From the NCBI RefSeq assembly GCF_009914755.1, contig NC_060931.1: a stretch of DNA of 64,000 bases, one strand, 5' to 3'. This DNA comes from the human T2T-CHM13v2.0 reference genome, Homo sapiens. Under the pieces are notes generated by a model. It saw only the letters and a list, made by a program, of their open reading frames with translations. It ran no database searches and was not told the origin of the DNA. The position numbers and the translations under genes are program-made. This document shows, one piece after another, positions 39,049-50,700 of this stretch (positions within the stretch are counted from its first letter, which is position 1; every line of letters starts with the position of its first letter).

Positions 39049-40329
39049 CTGCAAGGCAAATAAAAAATTTTCATTATCCTTCACTATTACATGAAAATCT
39101 TGTGCAAGGGAGAGAAAGCCAAATTTTACTCTTACATTGGTTTTAAAACAATCCTTTATCCCTAGGCAAGATTTACATTTCTATATCTTTTTACAATCTT
39201 TTACCACAAACACATTTTACTGTTCTTACACACCTTTCATGTAAATCTATTTTTCGTAGTCTCATTTACATGTTATAATGGTAACTCTTGGCAATTTTTA
39301 ACTTTAATGTAAAACTGGTACATTGTTTTAATTATGTACTAGGCCCAGATAAGGTCTGACTTTTTCCAGCATAGTTAGGGGTGGGGTTAATCTTGTATGT
39401 ACCCAGGCCTTACCAACTTGTAAAGCAGGCAGTTTACAACCTTGAAACATTTAGCAAACCTAGTATCTGACTTACATGATTTAGGCCACCTATTTACATT
39501 TTGACATCTGCATTTTACCAATTATTTTTAAAACTATTTTTATTTCTTAAAGATTAAAGTTATGTGAACTAAAAGGCATTACAGCTTTTATATTTCCTTT
39601 AAAAAATTTGATTTAAGCACTTATTTTTCTTTAAGCCAATCAATTAGAGCTCTTTTTATAGGCATCACACACAATACATATATAACTACACAAGCAAACA
39701 GAAGCAGATCCAGTATTTATCAGATATTTTTGTTCATCAATCTCCTAATTGAATTATTGGCCTCTGGGTGGTGCTGTTTAAGAGCAGGGCTAGGAAAGCA
39801 TGCAGTTTCTAGGGTCTAATAAACAGGTATGCTGGAGGACAAAAACAGATTTTGAGAGGGATCTACCTGCCTCTAATTCCTGCGGTTTCATGAGGAAAAT
39901 GGAGGTTTCTCCCAAAATGGAACCTGTGGTGCCTTTTCATTTTTTTCCCAAGGAGTCCCAGGCCATCAGAAATTATCTTAGGGCCTCTCATGCATGCATT
40001 AAGAGTGGCAAAACAAAGTGGAGAAAAAGAATTCAGTTGACTGAGAAAAAAACCTGTTCCAGAAAAACAAGATCCAAGAAGAGAAAAACATAAAGGCCTT
40101 GTACATATACTTGTAGATTGGATATCCAGTTTTAATTAAGCTAAGCACTCTTTAAGAAAATCCTTTTAAATCTCATGTTACCTAATTTTAGCCACATCAA
40201 ATAATTAACATTTCTGGTTTTTGAACTTTACCAAAAGTAACCTAACAGGTGAAATCAAGAAGCCTCAATTAAGGTTATGATTTAACCATGAGTGTACAAG
40301 GTACTTTCAAAGGGGTGGTAAGCAGCTTT

Positions 40330-41021
40330 TGAAACCACCATTGCAAAATTGTAACTGAGACAGTAAAAGAAATCTGACCTAACCAACTCCATCTTGCGTC
40401 TAGCCTCCCAGCTGTCCTTGTTCATTCCTGGGCATAGGCTGAACCAACTCTGGGAGGAACTTATAGTTTATAGTCCAAAACAAAAACAATAATAGCCCTT
40501 TCCCAAAACAAACCTCCTTCTTGCCTGGGGGACCAGAATGCTTTTGTAGAACCAAGAAACCAGCCACAAGATTAGAAACTATGGGTTAGGAGTCATGTAG
40601 CTAGAGGCCACAGATTCTGACCCTCCCTAAACTGCTCCTAAGATCAGCATTTCAGATATTCTGCAGACCCTGCACTTGATGGATCAGCTGGCACCACTCA
40701 GAATGATAAACTGGCTCATCTGATCTTGTGACCCCAAACCAGGAACTGACTCAGCACAAGAAGGTAGCCTCAACTCCCTGTGATTTTATCTCTGATTTGA
40801 CCTATCAGCACTCCCAGCTCACTGGCCTCCCTCTATCAACCAGCCATCCTCAAAAACTCTGCTCCACAAATTCTCAGGGAGAGAGACCCAAGCAATAACA
40901 GAACTCCATCTCCTGCACAGCCAGTCCCACATGAATCACCCCCTCTCCACTGCAATTTCCCCATCCTGATAAATCAGCTCTGTCTAGGCAGCGGGCAGGG
41001 TGAACCCATTGTGTGGTTACA
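40330..41021 (+). mobile_element. Solo LTR8-type ERV1 LTR nested in the provirus
   Basis: TGAAACCACCATTGCAAAATTGTAACTGAG...GGTTACA; perfect 4-bp TSD CTTT. Confidence 0.85.
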
Positions 41022-43281
41022 CTTTTACAAAATCTAGAACCTTTAAAGGAAACTCAGAGAAGGAAGATTTAAGAAAGGAGCTAGAAGTTGTTCATGGAGG
41101 GGAAGAGAATGAGCAAATGGCAAAAGTCACACAGCTATTAACTTGCAAGTATTCATTCCCCAAGCCAGGATTGAACCTGGGCTGCCATTGTAAAATGGCA
41201 GAGTCTAAAACAAAGTACTGCCATGTGGTTATAGGTCAAAATGTAAAACAAGATGGAGTCCTGCAGCAAAGCTTGTAACTGACCAGTTTACCAGGCTAGA
41301 TTGAACTGCAAGCTTATGGAGTCCCAAGCCTGCATTCCATTCTAAGATACCCCTCTCTCTACCTTTTCCCTCAATTGAATCAGGAGACAGGGAGGTGTGT
41401 TTCACTAAAGACTCTCTCAGCCTTTCCAAAAAGGCTAAGGGATTTTCATCTAGTTATTGATCTATCATGGAAAGTTTGGAGTAATTAAGAGGCTTGGCTC
41501 TGGTCCTCCCTAAGCCCTCTAATATGCACATTTGAAAATGTTTTAATTTGCACTCATCTAAGGTATCACTGGGGTCTCAATTAGGTTGTTTAAGAGACAC
41601 TGCCTCTCTTCCTACTAGGAATGGGGATTCTGTCTCTTTCTCAACCTTTCCCTTTTTGACTGGCTTTCCTTTTTGACTGGCTATAGGAGACAAGCTGTTT
41701 GTCTCTGAATTTCTCTGCTACCTGTAGGGCTGCCTGTTTCTCAGCAGCAGTTAGGGTTTGATTTAAGAGTACATCACATCCTTCCAGGAGACTTTAAATA
41801 CTTGGGATAAATCCTGGAAGGCCTCTATATGTGAGTGATGTTGGGGCTTTCCCAGAGTGAACTGTAGGGTCTAAGGTTTAAAGAAGATCCAGGCTGCACT
41901 CAAGGGGAGTGCAGGCTTGAAGATGGGTTGTTACCTATCTAGGAAAGAGGGGAGAAGAAGTCTCCTTCCTCCTTTCGGAGTGACCCAGAGTGGCGAGAAA
42001 GACAAAAAGGACATCCCCATTCTCCTCTTCCCTCCTGTCTCCTCTGGGTCCTGGCAACCATCATAGGTGCCATGCATGGATGCAAGCATGACCTTCACCC
42101 ATGGATCTGGAGGAGCTAGTCAGCAGGAGTAGCCATGTTTACCTGTGTGATACCCTAGCTCTCTGCCCTGCTAATTTCCTAGATCCAGTTGGCCCATAAG
42201 GCTCCGGGGGTACCCCAGGGGCTCAGAAGAGACTGTATGGTAGTTGAATTTGGGCAAGGCCCTTTAAAGGGGGGAGTGTCTTAAATCTATCCCTTACATC
42301 CTCTTACTACCACCCAGGCAAAGTTATAAATTCCTAAAGAATGGGACCAATTGACTTCTAAACATAAGATCCCTTTCTCACTTAGATGCCAATATAGCTG
42401 GATGCAGAATAGATGCCTCAAAATAACATAAGAATTGACTGGCCATCCTCCCTCTGATGATTTTAGCACTGAGGCTAAAATCTGTCTTGCTAGAGTAGCT
42501 TTCTCCTGGCTGCTGAAAGGGGAGTTATTCTGATTACAAATAGGCCATAGGGACTGATTACTGGGAGAGGGATGTAAGAGGGAAAGGAATCAGGGAACTA
42601 GAGTTTCGGGGCAAAGGGCTGACAAGGCTCCCCACAGAGAAAAATCCCATCCCACTAGGTGGTGCCGTAGGGTTTGAAATGTTAGGGAAAAACTGACTTT
42701 CCAAGCAGAGGTTAGAAAGAGAGGTTTGGGGCTTAATAGGCTGTCCCCATAATATGCCTCCTAGCAAGAAAAACTTAACTTGTCTTATAAAGGAACTGCT
42801 TAAACTCACTGGACGGTTCTGAGCTCTTACACTGAGAAAAAACAACCCAAATGGAGAGGAGGGTATTCACTCAGGGTAAAATATCCTCCCACACAGTGCC
42901 ATGAATGCTTATTATTAGGGGAAAAGAAAGCCTTTAATAGGTGAAAGTCTAGACTGAAATATTGAAATTCCCCCATCTCAAGGAAATCACAGAAGCAGCA
43001 ATTTTTTTGAGTTACATTCCTGGTTACTAAGGCACTTGCTAACTTTACCCAACAAGATTATCTCCCCAGGCTTTAAAAAGTCCCTTAACACAGCATGCGA
43101 AGAAGGGATAGCAGATATGATAGCCATGAAAAGAAAGGAAGGAAATGCGATAGAAAAGTCTGGAAGTCCTGATGCCGATACCCTGATGGGCTGTTGGGGG
43201 CCAGAGTTAATCCAGGGGTCTTCAGGTAACACCGAGGTGTAGCCCCAACCAGATGTCTTCAGTTGCCCCAGGGTCTCCTTC

Positions 43282-44058
43282 TGTTACTTGGGGGGTCTTT
43301 GTTCTTAGAGCTCCCAAGATGGTGGTGGGCAGCTCCCAAGATGGAGGGGGGCGCTCCCAAGATGGAGGGGGGCACTCCCAAGATGGTGGCAAGCCTTTTG
43401 TTCTCTGTCCTGGGGTTCTTGGCCTCATAGATTCCAAAGAATGGAACCTTGGGCCATGTGGTGAGTGTTATAGCTCTATTAGAAGCCATGGATCACGGAA
43501 GAGAACTATGGAACCCAGCGACTAGTGTTAGGACAAACCTGGGCACTTAGCCGTGCAGGAACAATGGCGAGCCTCTAGCCCAGTTGGGAGTGGCAATGGG
43601 CGTCTCACTGGATCAGAAGTGCAGCAGACACCCTGCTGGATCCAGAGGGGTGGAAGTCAGCGGCTAGCCTGTGACGGTGAGCAATAGCTTAGCTTGAGCT
43701 GGAACAAACACGGACGAGAAGAATGTGCAGTTGCAAGATTTAATAGAGTGAAAACAGAGAGAGCTCTGATACAACGGGAGGGGATGTAAAGGGGGTTGCC
43801 CAATCCAGCTTGAATGTCTGGGTTTATATCCTGATCATTGTCCTTTCCCCTATGCTCTCAGGTGGTAGATGATTTGATTATTTCTTTACCTCCTGCTTTT
43901 AGCCTAATTGGTATTTTAGTGAGCTCTCTTTACTACCTGATTGGTTGGGTGTGAGCTGAGTTACAAGACCCACGTTTAAAGGTGGGTGTGGTCACCTTCC
44001 CCAGCTACACTTAGGAATTCTTAGTCGGCCTAGGAAATCCAGCTAGTCCTGTCTCTCA
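43282..44058 (-). mobile_element. Solo LTR17 (HERV-W) nested in the provirus
   Basis: rc starts TGAGAGACAGGACTAGCTGGATTTCCTAGGCCGACTAAGAATTCC; 777 bp; ATTAAA at 43739-43744; perfect TSD CTTC; four ~21-bp CTCCCAAGATGG repeats at 43311-43390. Confidence 0.9.
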
Positions 44059-44332
44059 CTTCCAGTCCCATAGATGGCTAGGTCCTCTGTGAAAGGAAAC
44101 TGGATTGGAACAGAGCCAACATTCCCACCACATGAGGGCAATCGGGGATTGACAAAGTCCTCTAAAGCAAGCCTGTCCCCTGAGTCTTGTAAGGCTGGCA
44201 GCCACTCTAAAAGCTTTTAACTGGCTGACAGGGGCCCAGTGTTTTGTTTAACTTTTTAAAATGAGGGTGAAAAGCCTCAGAAATGAAAGTAGAGTTGGAG
44301 GTCCACTCCTACTCATTCTTCTGATCTTTCCT

Positions 44333-44350
44333 TTCCCAGCCAATGCACCA
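44333..44350 (-). other. Retroviral primer-binding site complementary to the tRNA-Gly 3' end
   Basis: Plus strand TTCCCAGCCAATGCACCA versus tRNA-Gly(GCC) 3' end TTCCCGGCCAATGCACCA (17/18), 3 nt from the 5' LTR end. Confidence 0.8.
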
Positions 44351-44728
44351 AAATGTTAGTCTTGCCAATGCACCACAATGTAGAAGTCTCTCACTGTGAG
44401 GTATCACCCAGAACTCTTTGTCTCAGGATCAAGAGAATTAACGAGCATGGACACAAAGGGTGAGGTTGGAGCAAAAGTTTAATAAGCAAAAGAAGAAAGC
44501 TCTCCACCACCAAGAGGGGGCCTGGAAGAGGGTTGCTGTTTTTACAGTTGAATGCAAAGGCTTTTATAAGAAACTGATGATAGCTGGACATCTCATCTGC
44601 ATAAGGCATGAATTTCTGGTAGCTCCACCCTGTCCTCCTAGTGCACATGCGGGCCCTTAGCTTGAGTTACTCCATATTGCTTTGTTCCCCTTACTGTGCC
44701 TGTGTTAGGGGATGGAATTTTCCATTGT

Positions 44729-44800
44729 GGGCTTGTCTGGGCAAGTCACCTGTTTAGCCTTTCTTATCTGTGCAGCTGTGGGCACGTCTTAGGCAAGCCC
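44729..44800. promoter_or_regulatory. p53 response elements in the 5' LTR (TP53TG1 intron 2)
   Basis: GGGCTTGTCT-GGGCAAGTCA (44729-44748; 19/20) and GGGCACGTCT-t-AGGCAAGCCC (44780-44800). Confidence 0.8.
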
Positions 44801-45055
44801 CCCCTGTGTAAGTTCCCTTATCTGAGCCTGCAGGCTGTTCTTTTGTGTGAAAGAATTCAACCAAGGACCCCCCCTAACTGCCTGTCTGACTGGTTTCTTC
44901 CTTTCTTCAATCTCAGTGACACCAACAGGATTGAAGCATTATTTAGTCTCACTGATATTTGAGGACCAAGATGTTGATGATCATCATGCTGTCAGAAATC
45001 ACTAATGTTTAATATATTTATGATATAAGGCTCAATAATTAGATGAAAGTCAAAA

Positions 45056-45757
45056 TGAACCACTTTTGCAAAAATTATAGCAGTGAGAAAATTATGGCAG
45101 TGAAAGAGATCTGATTTAACCAACCCCCAACTTACTTTTAGCTGCCCTTAATTATTACTGGGCTTAGGTCAAGATAACTTTGAGAGACATTCAGTTTATA
45201 GTTTAAATGATAATAGCCCTTCTCCAAAATGCAACTGCCTTAAAGCTAATGAGAGAACACCAGACTAGGAGGACAGAGGTGCCTGAATTCTGCTAAGGTG
45301 TAGACATAAACCAGCCATTATTCTGGAGGTCACAAAATATGCAACTTCCCCAATTATTCCTGCAGAGAACATCACTATTGTAGAACCTAAGTTTGGCCTT
45401 TTGAGATTTTTTTTCCAGGATTTTTGGCAAGTCTATCGACAAGTGGCTCCACCTGGATCAGCCAACTACTCCTGTGGCCCCACTCAGAAGGGACACAGAG
45501 CAAAAGGACAGCTTCTGCTCCCTATGATTTCATCTCCAACCCAACTAATCAGCACTCCCTATACCCTAGCCCCCTGCTCACCAAACTACCTTTGAAAAGC
45601 CCTCACCTAAAAGCCTTGAATGAGATTGATTTGAGTAATAACTCTGTCTCCGACGTGGCATCGCCAGCATCAAAGTCCTTCTTTACTGTAATGCCATGGT
45701 CTCTGTGAGTTGATTTTGTTTGTGCGGTGGGCAGAAAGAACCTGTTGGATGGTTACA
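45056..45757 (+). mobile_element. Solo LTR8A/B-like LTR
   Basis: TGAACCACTTTTGCAAAAATTAT...GGTTACA; similar to 40330-41021. Confidence 0.75.
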
Positions 45758-46356
45758 GAAATAGGCTATTTCAAGTAACTGACTATATGTTGCTAGTGTT
45801 TTTCTATTAATGTTATATACGGAGATAAATGATACAAATCTCTCTAGTCTTTCTCATTCAAATTAGTGAAGTTTGTTGAAGCTCCCCTTCTTCAGGAGAT
45901 GTGGGAGGACTTTTTCTCTCACATAATTCACTAGGCTACCAATGGTAACTCATTTGAATTCTGTTCTATCGCCAGACAGTAATAGCAGCTCAGGTTAGTA
46001 TTTATGTGAACATTTTTTCCCTGTTCTGTTAAAAAAAACCATGTATTTCAAGGCTCTGTTGTAAACAGGTTGACTTTAAATTAAATGTTCTTGTTAATCA
46101 TTTAAGGAGAATCATTAAGTTATGACTGCCCTTTGGAACACAAATGTTTATTTAAGTTCAGTATTCTGCTTCCCTAGAAATAGGATTTCTATACTCTTTC
46201 AGACGAATATTTGGTAAAATGACTTGGCTGCTTCTATATTTAAACTTCCTTTTGAAATGAAAATTTGTTCCAACATGGATTCTAAAGGTTCAGCAAAACT
46301 GCTCATGAATGACTGGTTTTAGAAGCATCTTTTGATGTTTTAGAAATTTCTGTTAA

Positions 46357-46666
46357 GGCCAGGCCCTGTGGCTCACACCTGTAATCCCAGCACTGGGAAG
46401 CTGAGGCAGGAGGATCACTTGGGCCCAGGAGTTTGAGACAAGCCTGGGCAACATAGGGAAACCTGGTTTCTACAAAAAATATATTTTTAAAATTTTTATT
46501 TTGTCCTGCAAGCAAGTTTAAAAAAAAATGAATTTATAAAATTAGCTGTGTGTGGTTTTGCATATGTATGGTCCCAGGTGGGGCCACGGAGTTTGAGGCT
46601 ACAGTGAGGTATGTGGTGCCACTGCACTTGAGCCTGGGCAATAGAACAAGACTGTCTCAAAAAAAA
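46357..46666 (+). mobile_element. Old Alu (AluJ-like) with a deleted right arm
   Basis: GGAGGATCACTTGGGCCCAGGAGTTTGAG diagnostic segment. Confidence 0.85.
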
Positions 46667-47019
46667 TTAACAAAAAAATTTTTATTAATTAGTTAACTCT
46701 CGAATCAAGAATATTCAAAACCTGTATTTTACAGATTCAAAATCTGTAAAATGTGGCTTATCTTTTTTCTTTAAGATATGTAGGCTGCTTTTTTTCTATT
46801 TTTTGAACATCCTTTTATTCTCCTAAAAGTTTTCTCTTTTCCATAAAATTAAATTTACTGTTGAAATTGCATCCTTCTATAAATTCAGATTGTTTATAAA
46901 TATGGGTTTGGAAATTAGCCCGTTTAAATTTGAAATTATTTTATCTTGTATTTTTAAAACTAAAAAATAAGAATGTTGTGAGAAACAGAAACAAAAATTT
47001 TGCAGATGCCTATATTTAA

Positions 47020-49163
47020 TATTTTTTCATTATGAAATTAAGATATAATTTACACATCATAGCATTTACCCTCTTGGTTATACATTCAGTAGTTTTAAAA
47101 ATATATTCACAAATTTGGCCAATAGTCACTAATATCTAATTCTGGAATATTTTAATTAATCCAGAAAGAAACGGCATACTCATTAGCAGTCACTCACCAT
47201 TCCACCCTCCTCTCAGTTTTCTGTTCCTATGGATTTACTTACTTTAGATGTTTCATAGAAATGGAATCTTACAATGTGACTTTTTGAGTTTGGCTTCTTT
47301 TACTTATTGTATTATTTACAAGGTAAATGCGTGTTGTAGCATGTATCAATACTTTGCTCCCTTTTGTGACTCAATAATGTTCCATTGTATGGATATACCA
47401 AAATTTGTTTATCTATCTGTTTATGGTCATTTGGGTTGTTTCTACCTGTTGCCTATTGTGACTAGTACTGCAGTGGATATTTCTGTACAAGTATTTGTAT
47501 GAGTGCCTGTTGAATTCCTTGAGTGTACAGACCTAGGAGTGGAATTGCTGGGCCATACATTCTACATTAACATTTTGAGGAATTGCCCATTTTTTCCATA
47601 GAAGCTGCACCATTTTACTTCCCACCAGCAATATATAAGGATTCCAATTTCTTCACATCTATAACTAGACCATCCTCTCTAACACTTACTTTACTTTTTC
47701 TAATACCCATCCTAGGTATGAAGCAGTATCTCATTGTGGTTTGGATTTGCAGTCCCTTAGTGACAAATGACATTGCTCATCTGTCATCTGCTTGTTGGAC
47801 ATTTGTCTATCTTCTTTAGAGAAATGTCTTTTCAAGTCCTTTGCCAATTTTTATAATCAGGTTATTTGTATTTTTGCTGTTGATTTGTAAGAGTTTCTTT
47901 TCATATATTCTAGATATTAGAGCCTTATTTCAGTGGTCCTCAACCTTGTGGGAACCAAGAACTGGTTTCGTGGAAGACAATTTTTCCATGGGTCGGGGCT
48001 GGGGAGGATGGTTTCAGGATGAAACTGCTCCACCTCAGATCATCAGGCATTAGATTCTCTCTCATAAGGAGTGCACAACCTAGACCCCTTGCATGCACAG
48101 TTCACAATAGGGTTTGCACTCCTGTAAGAATCTAAAACAACCACTGTTCTGCCACGAGGCAGAGCTCAGGCAGTAATACTTGCTCCACTGCTTACCTCCT
48201 GCAGTGTGGCCAAGGTCCTAATGGGCCATGGACAGATACTGGTCCATGGCTTTGGGGTTGGAGACCCCTGTCTTATTTTATATATCATTAGAAAATATAT
48301 ATTTTCCCACTGTGTACGTATTTTTTTATTTTTAATTTTTGTGGGTAGGTGCATATAATTTATAGCATACATGAGAAATTTTGATACAGGCATTCAACGC
48401 CTAAAAATTACATCGGGGTAACTGGGGTATCCATCACCTCAAGCATTTATCATTTTTTTGTGTTACAAACATTCCAATTATACTCTTATTTTTTAATGTA
48501 TGATATATTATTTGTTGACTGTAGTAACCTTGTTGTGTTATCAAATACTAGATATTATTCATCCTATCTGTGTTTGTACCCATTAACCATCCCCACTACT
48601 CCCTCACCCCTACTACCCTTACCTGCCTCTGATAACCATCCTTCTACTTTCTATCTCCATAAGTTCAACTGTTATAATTTTCAGCTCCCATGAATAAGTG
48701 AAAATATGGGAAGTTTGTCTTTCTGTGCCAGGCTTATTTCCCTTAACATAATGACCTCCAATTCCAATTCCATCCGTGTTGTTGCAGATGATGGGATCCT
48801 ATTCTTTTTTATGGCTAAATAGTACTTCATTGTGTACCACATTTTTCAATCCATTCATCTGTTGATGGGCACTTAGGAAGCAATTTAAGTTGCTTCCAAA
48901 TCTTAGCTATTGTGAATAGTGCTGCAATAAACATTGGATGCAGACATCTCTTTGATATACTGATTTCCTTTCTTTTGAGTATATACCTAGCAGTGAGATT
49001 GCTGGATCATATGGTATTTCTGTTTTTAATTTGAGGAACCTCCATACTATTCTCCATTGTGGCTGTACTAATTGACATTCCCACAAACAAGGTACAAGAG
49101 TTCCATTTTCTCCACATCCTTGCCAGCATTGGTTATTGCCTTTCTTTTGGGTAAAAGTCATTT
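47020..49163 (-). mobile_element. Old L1M 3'-end fragments (at least two elements; a second tail at ~48320)
   Basis: Reverse L1 3' motifs; ORF 48907-49161 ([25 protein letters not shown]). Confidence 0.75.
47931..48270 (+). mobile_element. MER1B-like hAT MITE
   Basis: TIRs CAGTGGTCCTCAACC / GGTTGGAGACCCCTG; 8-bp TSD CCTTATTT/TCTTATTT. Confidence 0.88.
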
Positions 49164-49922
49164 AAAAATGTTTGTTAGGTGAAATAAAATATTAATTTAT
49201 ATTTGGTGGTAAAGGAAGACTAAAGAGATAATATATAAGCTGAGATCTGAAGGATAAATAAGTGTTGCCAGGTGGAGATGGTGGGAAGTGTCCTTGAAAT
49301 AGATGGAAGAGCATGTTAAACATTTTGATTTTAAATTAGTGTATTTCAATTTTTAATGGCTATCTCCCTGTCTAGCCTGTGAGTTCCATGAGACTAGAAA
49401 GCATATCAGTCTTATTCTCTTAATTTATTTCCTGCACTTAGTACCATGATGGCAACAGTAATTATTGTTGAATGGGTGAACAAACAGGAAAATTAAAATG
49501 TACTATATTAGGGTATTTAACCAGGACAAAAACTTTCACTTGCTTATGGGCTTGTGACATTTATCTAGAACTACTAATATTCCTAATGCCTGAATGTCAT
49601 TTCCAAAGTCTAGGTTTCACTTACCACAAATATGATACAACTCATTGATTTCATATTTTCTGAAAACACTTATGGTTCTGTATACTATTACTCCTTTTTT
49701 CCTCAGGAGCTACCAAATTTCGGTGTTCCAAAGCACTACCATGGTGTTTATCTGGTTCCTGGTGCCAGGTACTAGGCTTCCGCCTGTTGTTATAGCTTTC
49801 CCAACGCTCATTCTCACTGTCATACATCTGAACAAAGATTGCTTATGGATACATAGTACAATGTACAAACACACAATTATTGCTGTTTTGGGTTGGGCAT
49901 TGTGTAATTTAAGAAGTAATCT

Positions 49923-50204
49923 AGCCAGACATAGTGGCTCATGCCAGTAATCTCAGCTCCTTGGGAGGCTGAGGTGGGAGGATTGCTTAAGTCTAGGGAT
50001 TCAAGAACAGTGTGGATGACGTAGACCACGTCTCTACAATTTTTTTTTAAATTAACTAGGTATGGTGGCACATGCCTATAGTCCTAGCTACTCAAGAGGC
50101 TGAGGTGAGAGGATCACTTGAGCCAGAAGTTCAAGGCTGCAGTGAGCTATGTTTGTGCCACTGCATTCTAGCCTGGTGACAGAGCAAGGCCCTGCCTCTA
50201 AAAT
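49923..50204 (+). mobile_element. AluJ-like
   Basis: Diverged Alu dimer. Confidence 0.85.
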
Positions 50205-50335
50205 GTTTTTGAAAAGAAGCAATTAAGTAATAAAACTGTTTCCAAACTCAGCTCTGCCAGTGTGTGACCTGGAGGGAAATCACATCATTATTTGCCATTT
50301 CAACCATAAAATAAGGAAATATGCATTATAATAAC

Positions 50336-50700
50336 TTTTTTATGCTTTTATTTTAAGTTCAGGGGTACATGTTCAGGTATGTTACATGGGTAAACTTGTG
50401 TCATGTGGGTTTGTTGTAGAGATTATTTCATCACACAGGTATTAAGCCTAATATCATTAGTTATTATTCCTGATCCTCCCCCTGCCACCCCCCGCCATTC
50501 TCCAAAAGGTCCCAGTATGTGTTGTTCCCCTCTATGTGTCCATATGTTCTCATCATTTAGCTCCCACTTATAAGTGAGAACATGCAGTATTTTGTTTTCT
50601 GTTCCTGTGTTAGTTTGCTAAGGATAATGGCCTCCAGCTCTATCCATGTCCCTGCAAAGGACATGATCTTGGACATGATCTTGTTCTTTTTGGTGGCTGT
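50336..50700 (-). mobile_element. L1P 3'-end fragment
   Basis: TTTAAGTTCAGGGGTACATG...CTCCCACTTATAAGTGAGAACATG. Confidence 0.85.

Larger units (their letters stand above)
36425..44915 (-). mobile_element. Two-LTR ERV1 provirus, MER61-type, non-coding and degenerate
   Basis: Two ~560-bp homologous LTRs (36425-36985 and 44354-44915), PBS at 44333-44350, PPT at 36986-36996 (rc GAGGAGGGAAA), flanks GGGA/GTGA. Family name from recalled consensus and the p53 motifs. Confidence 0.82.

Noticed and set aside
43311-43390. Four ~21-bp CTCCCAAGATGG repeats
   Set aside because: Internal tandem repeat of the LTR17 U5 region; simple slippage explains the copy number.
44333-44350. tRNA-Gly-like sequence as a tRNA gene
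   Set aside because: Only the 18-nt 3' end is present, adjacent to an LTR, so it is a PBS.
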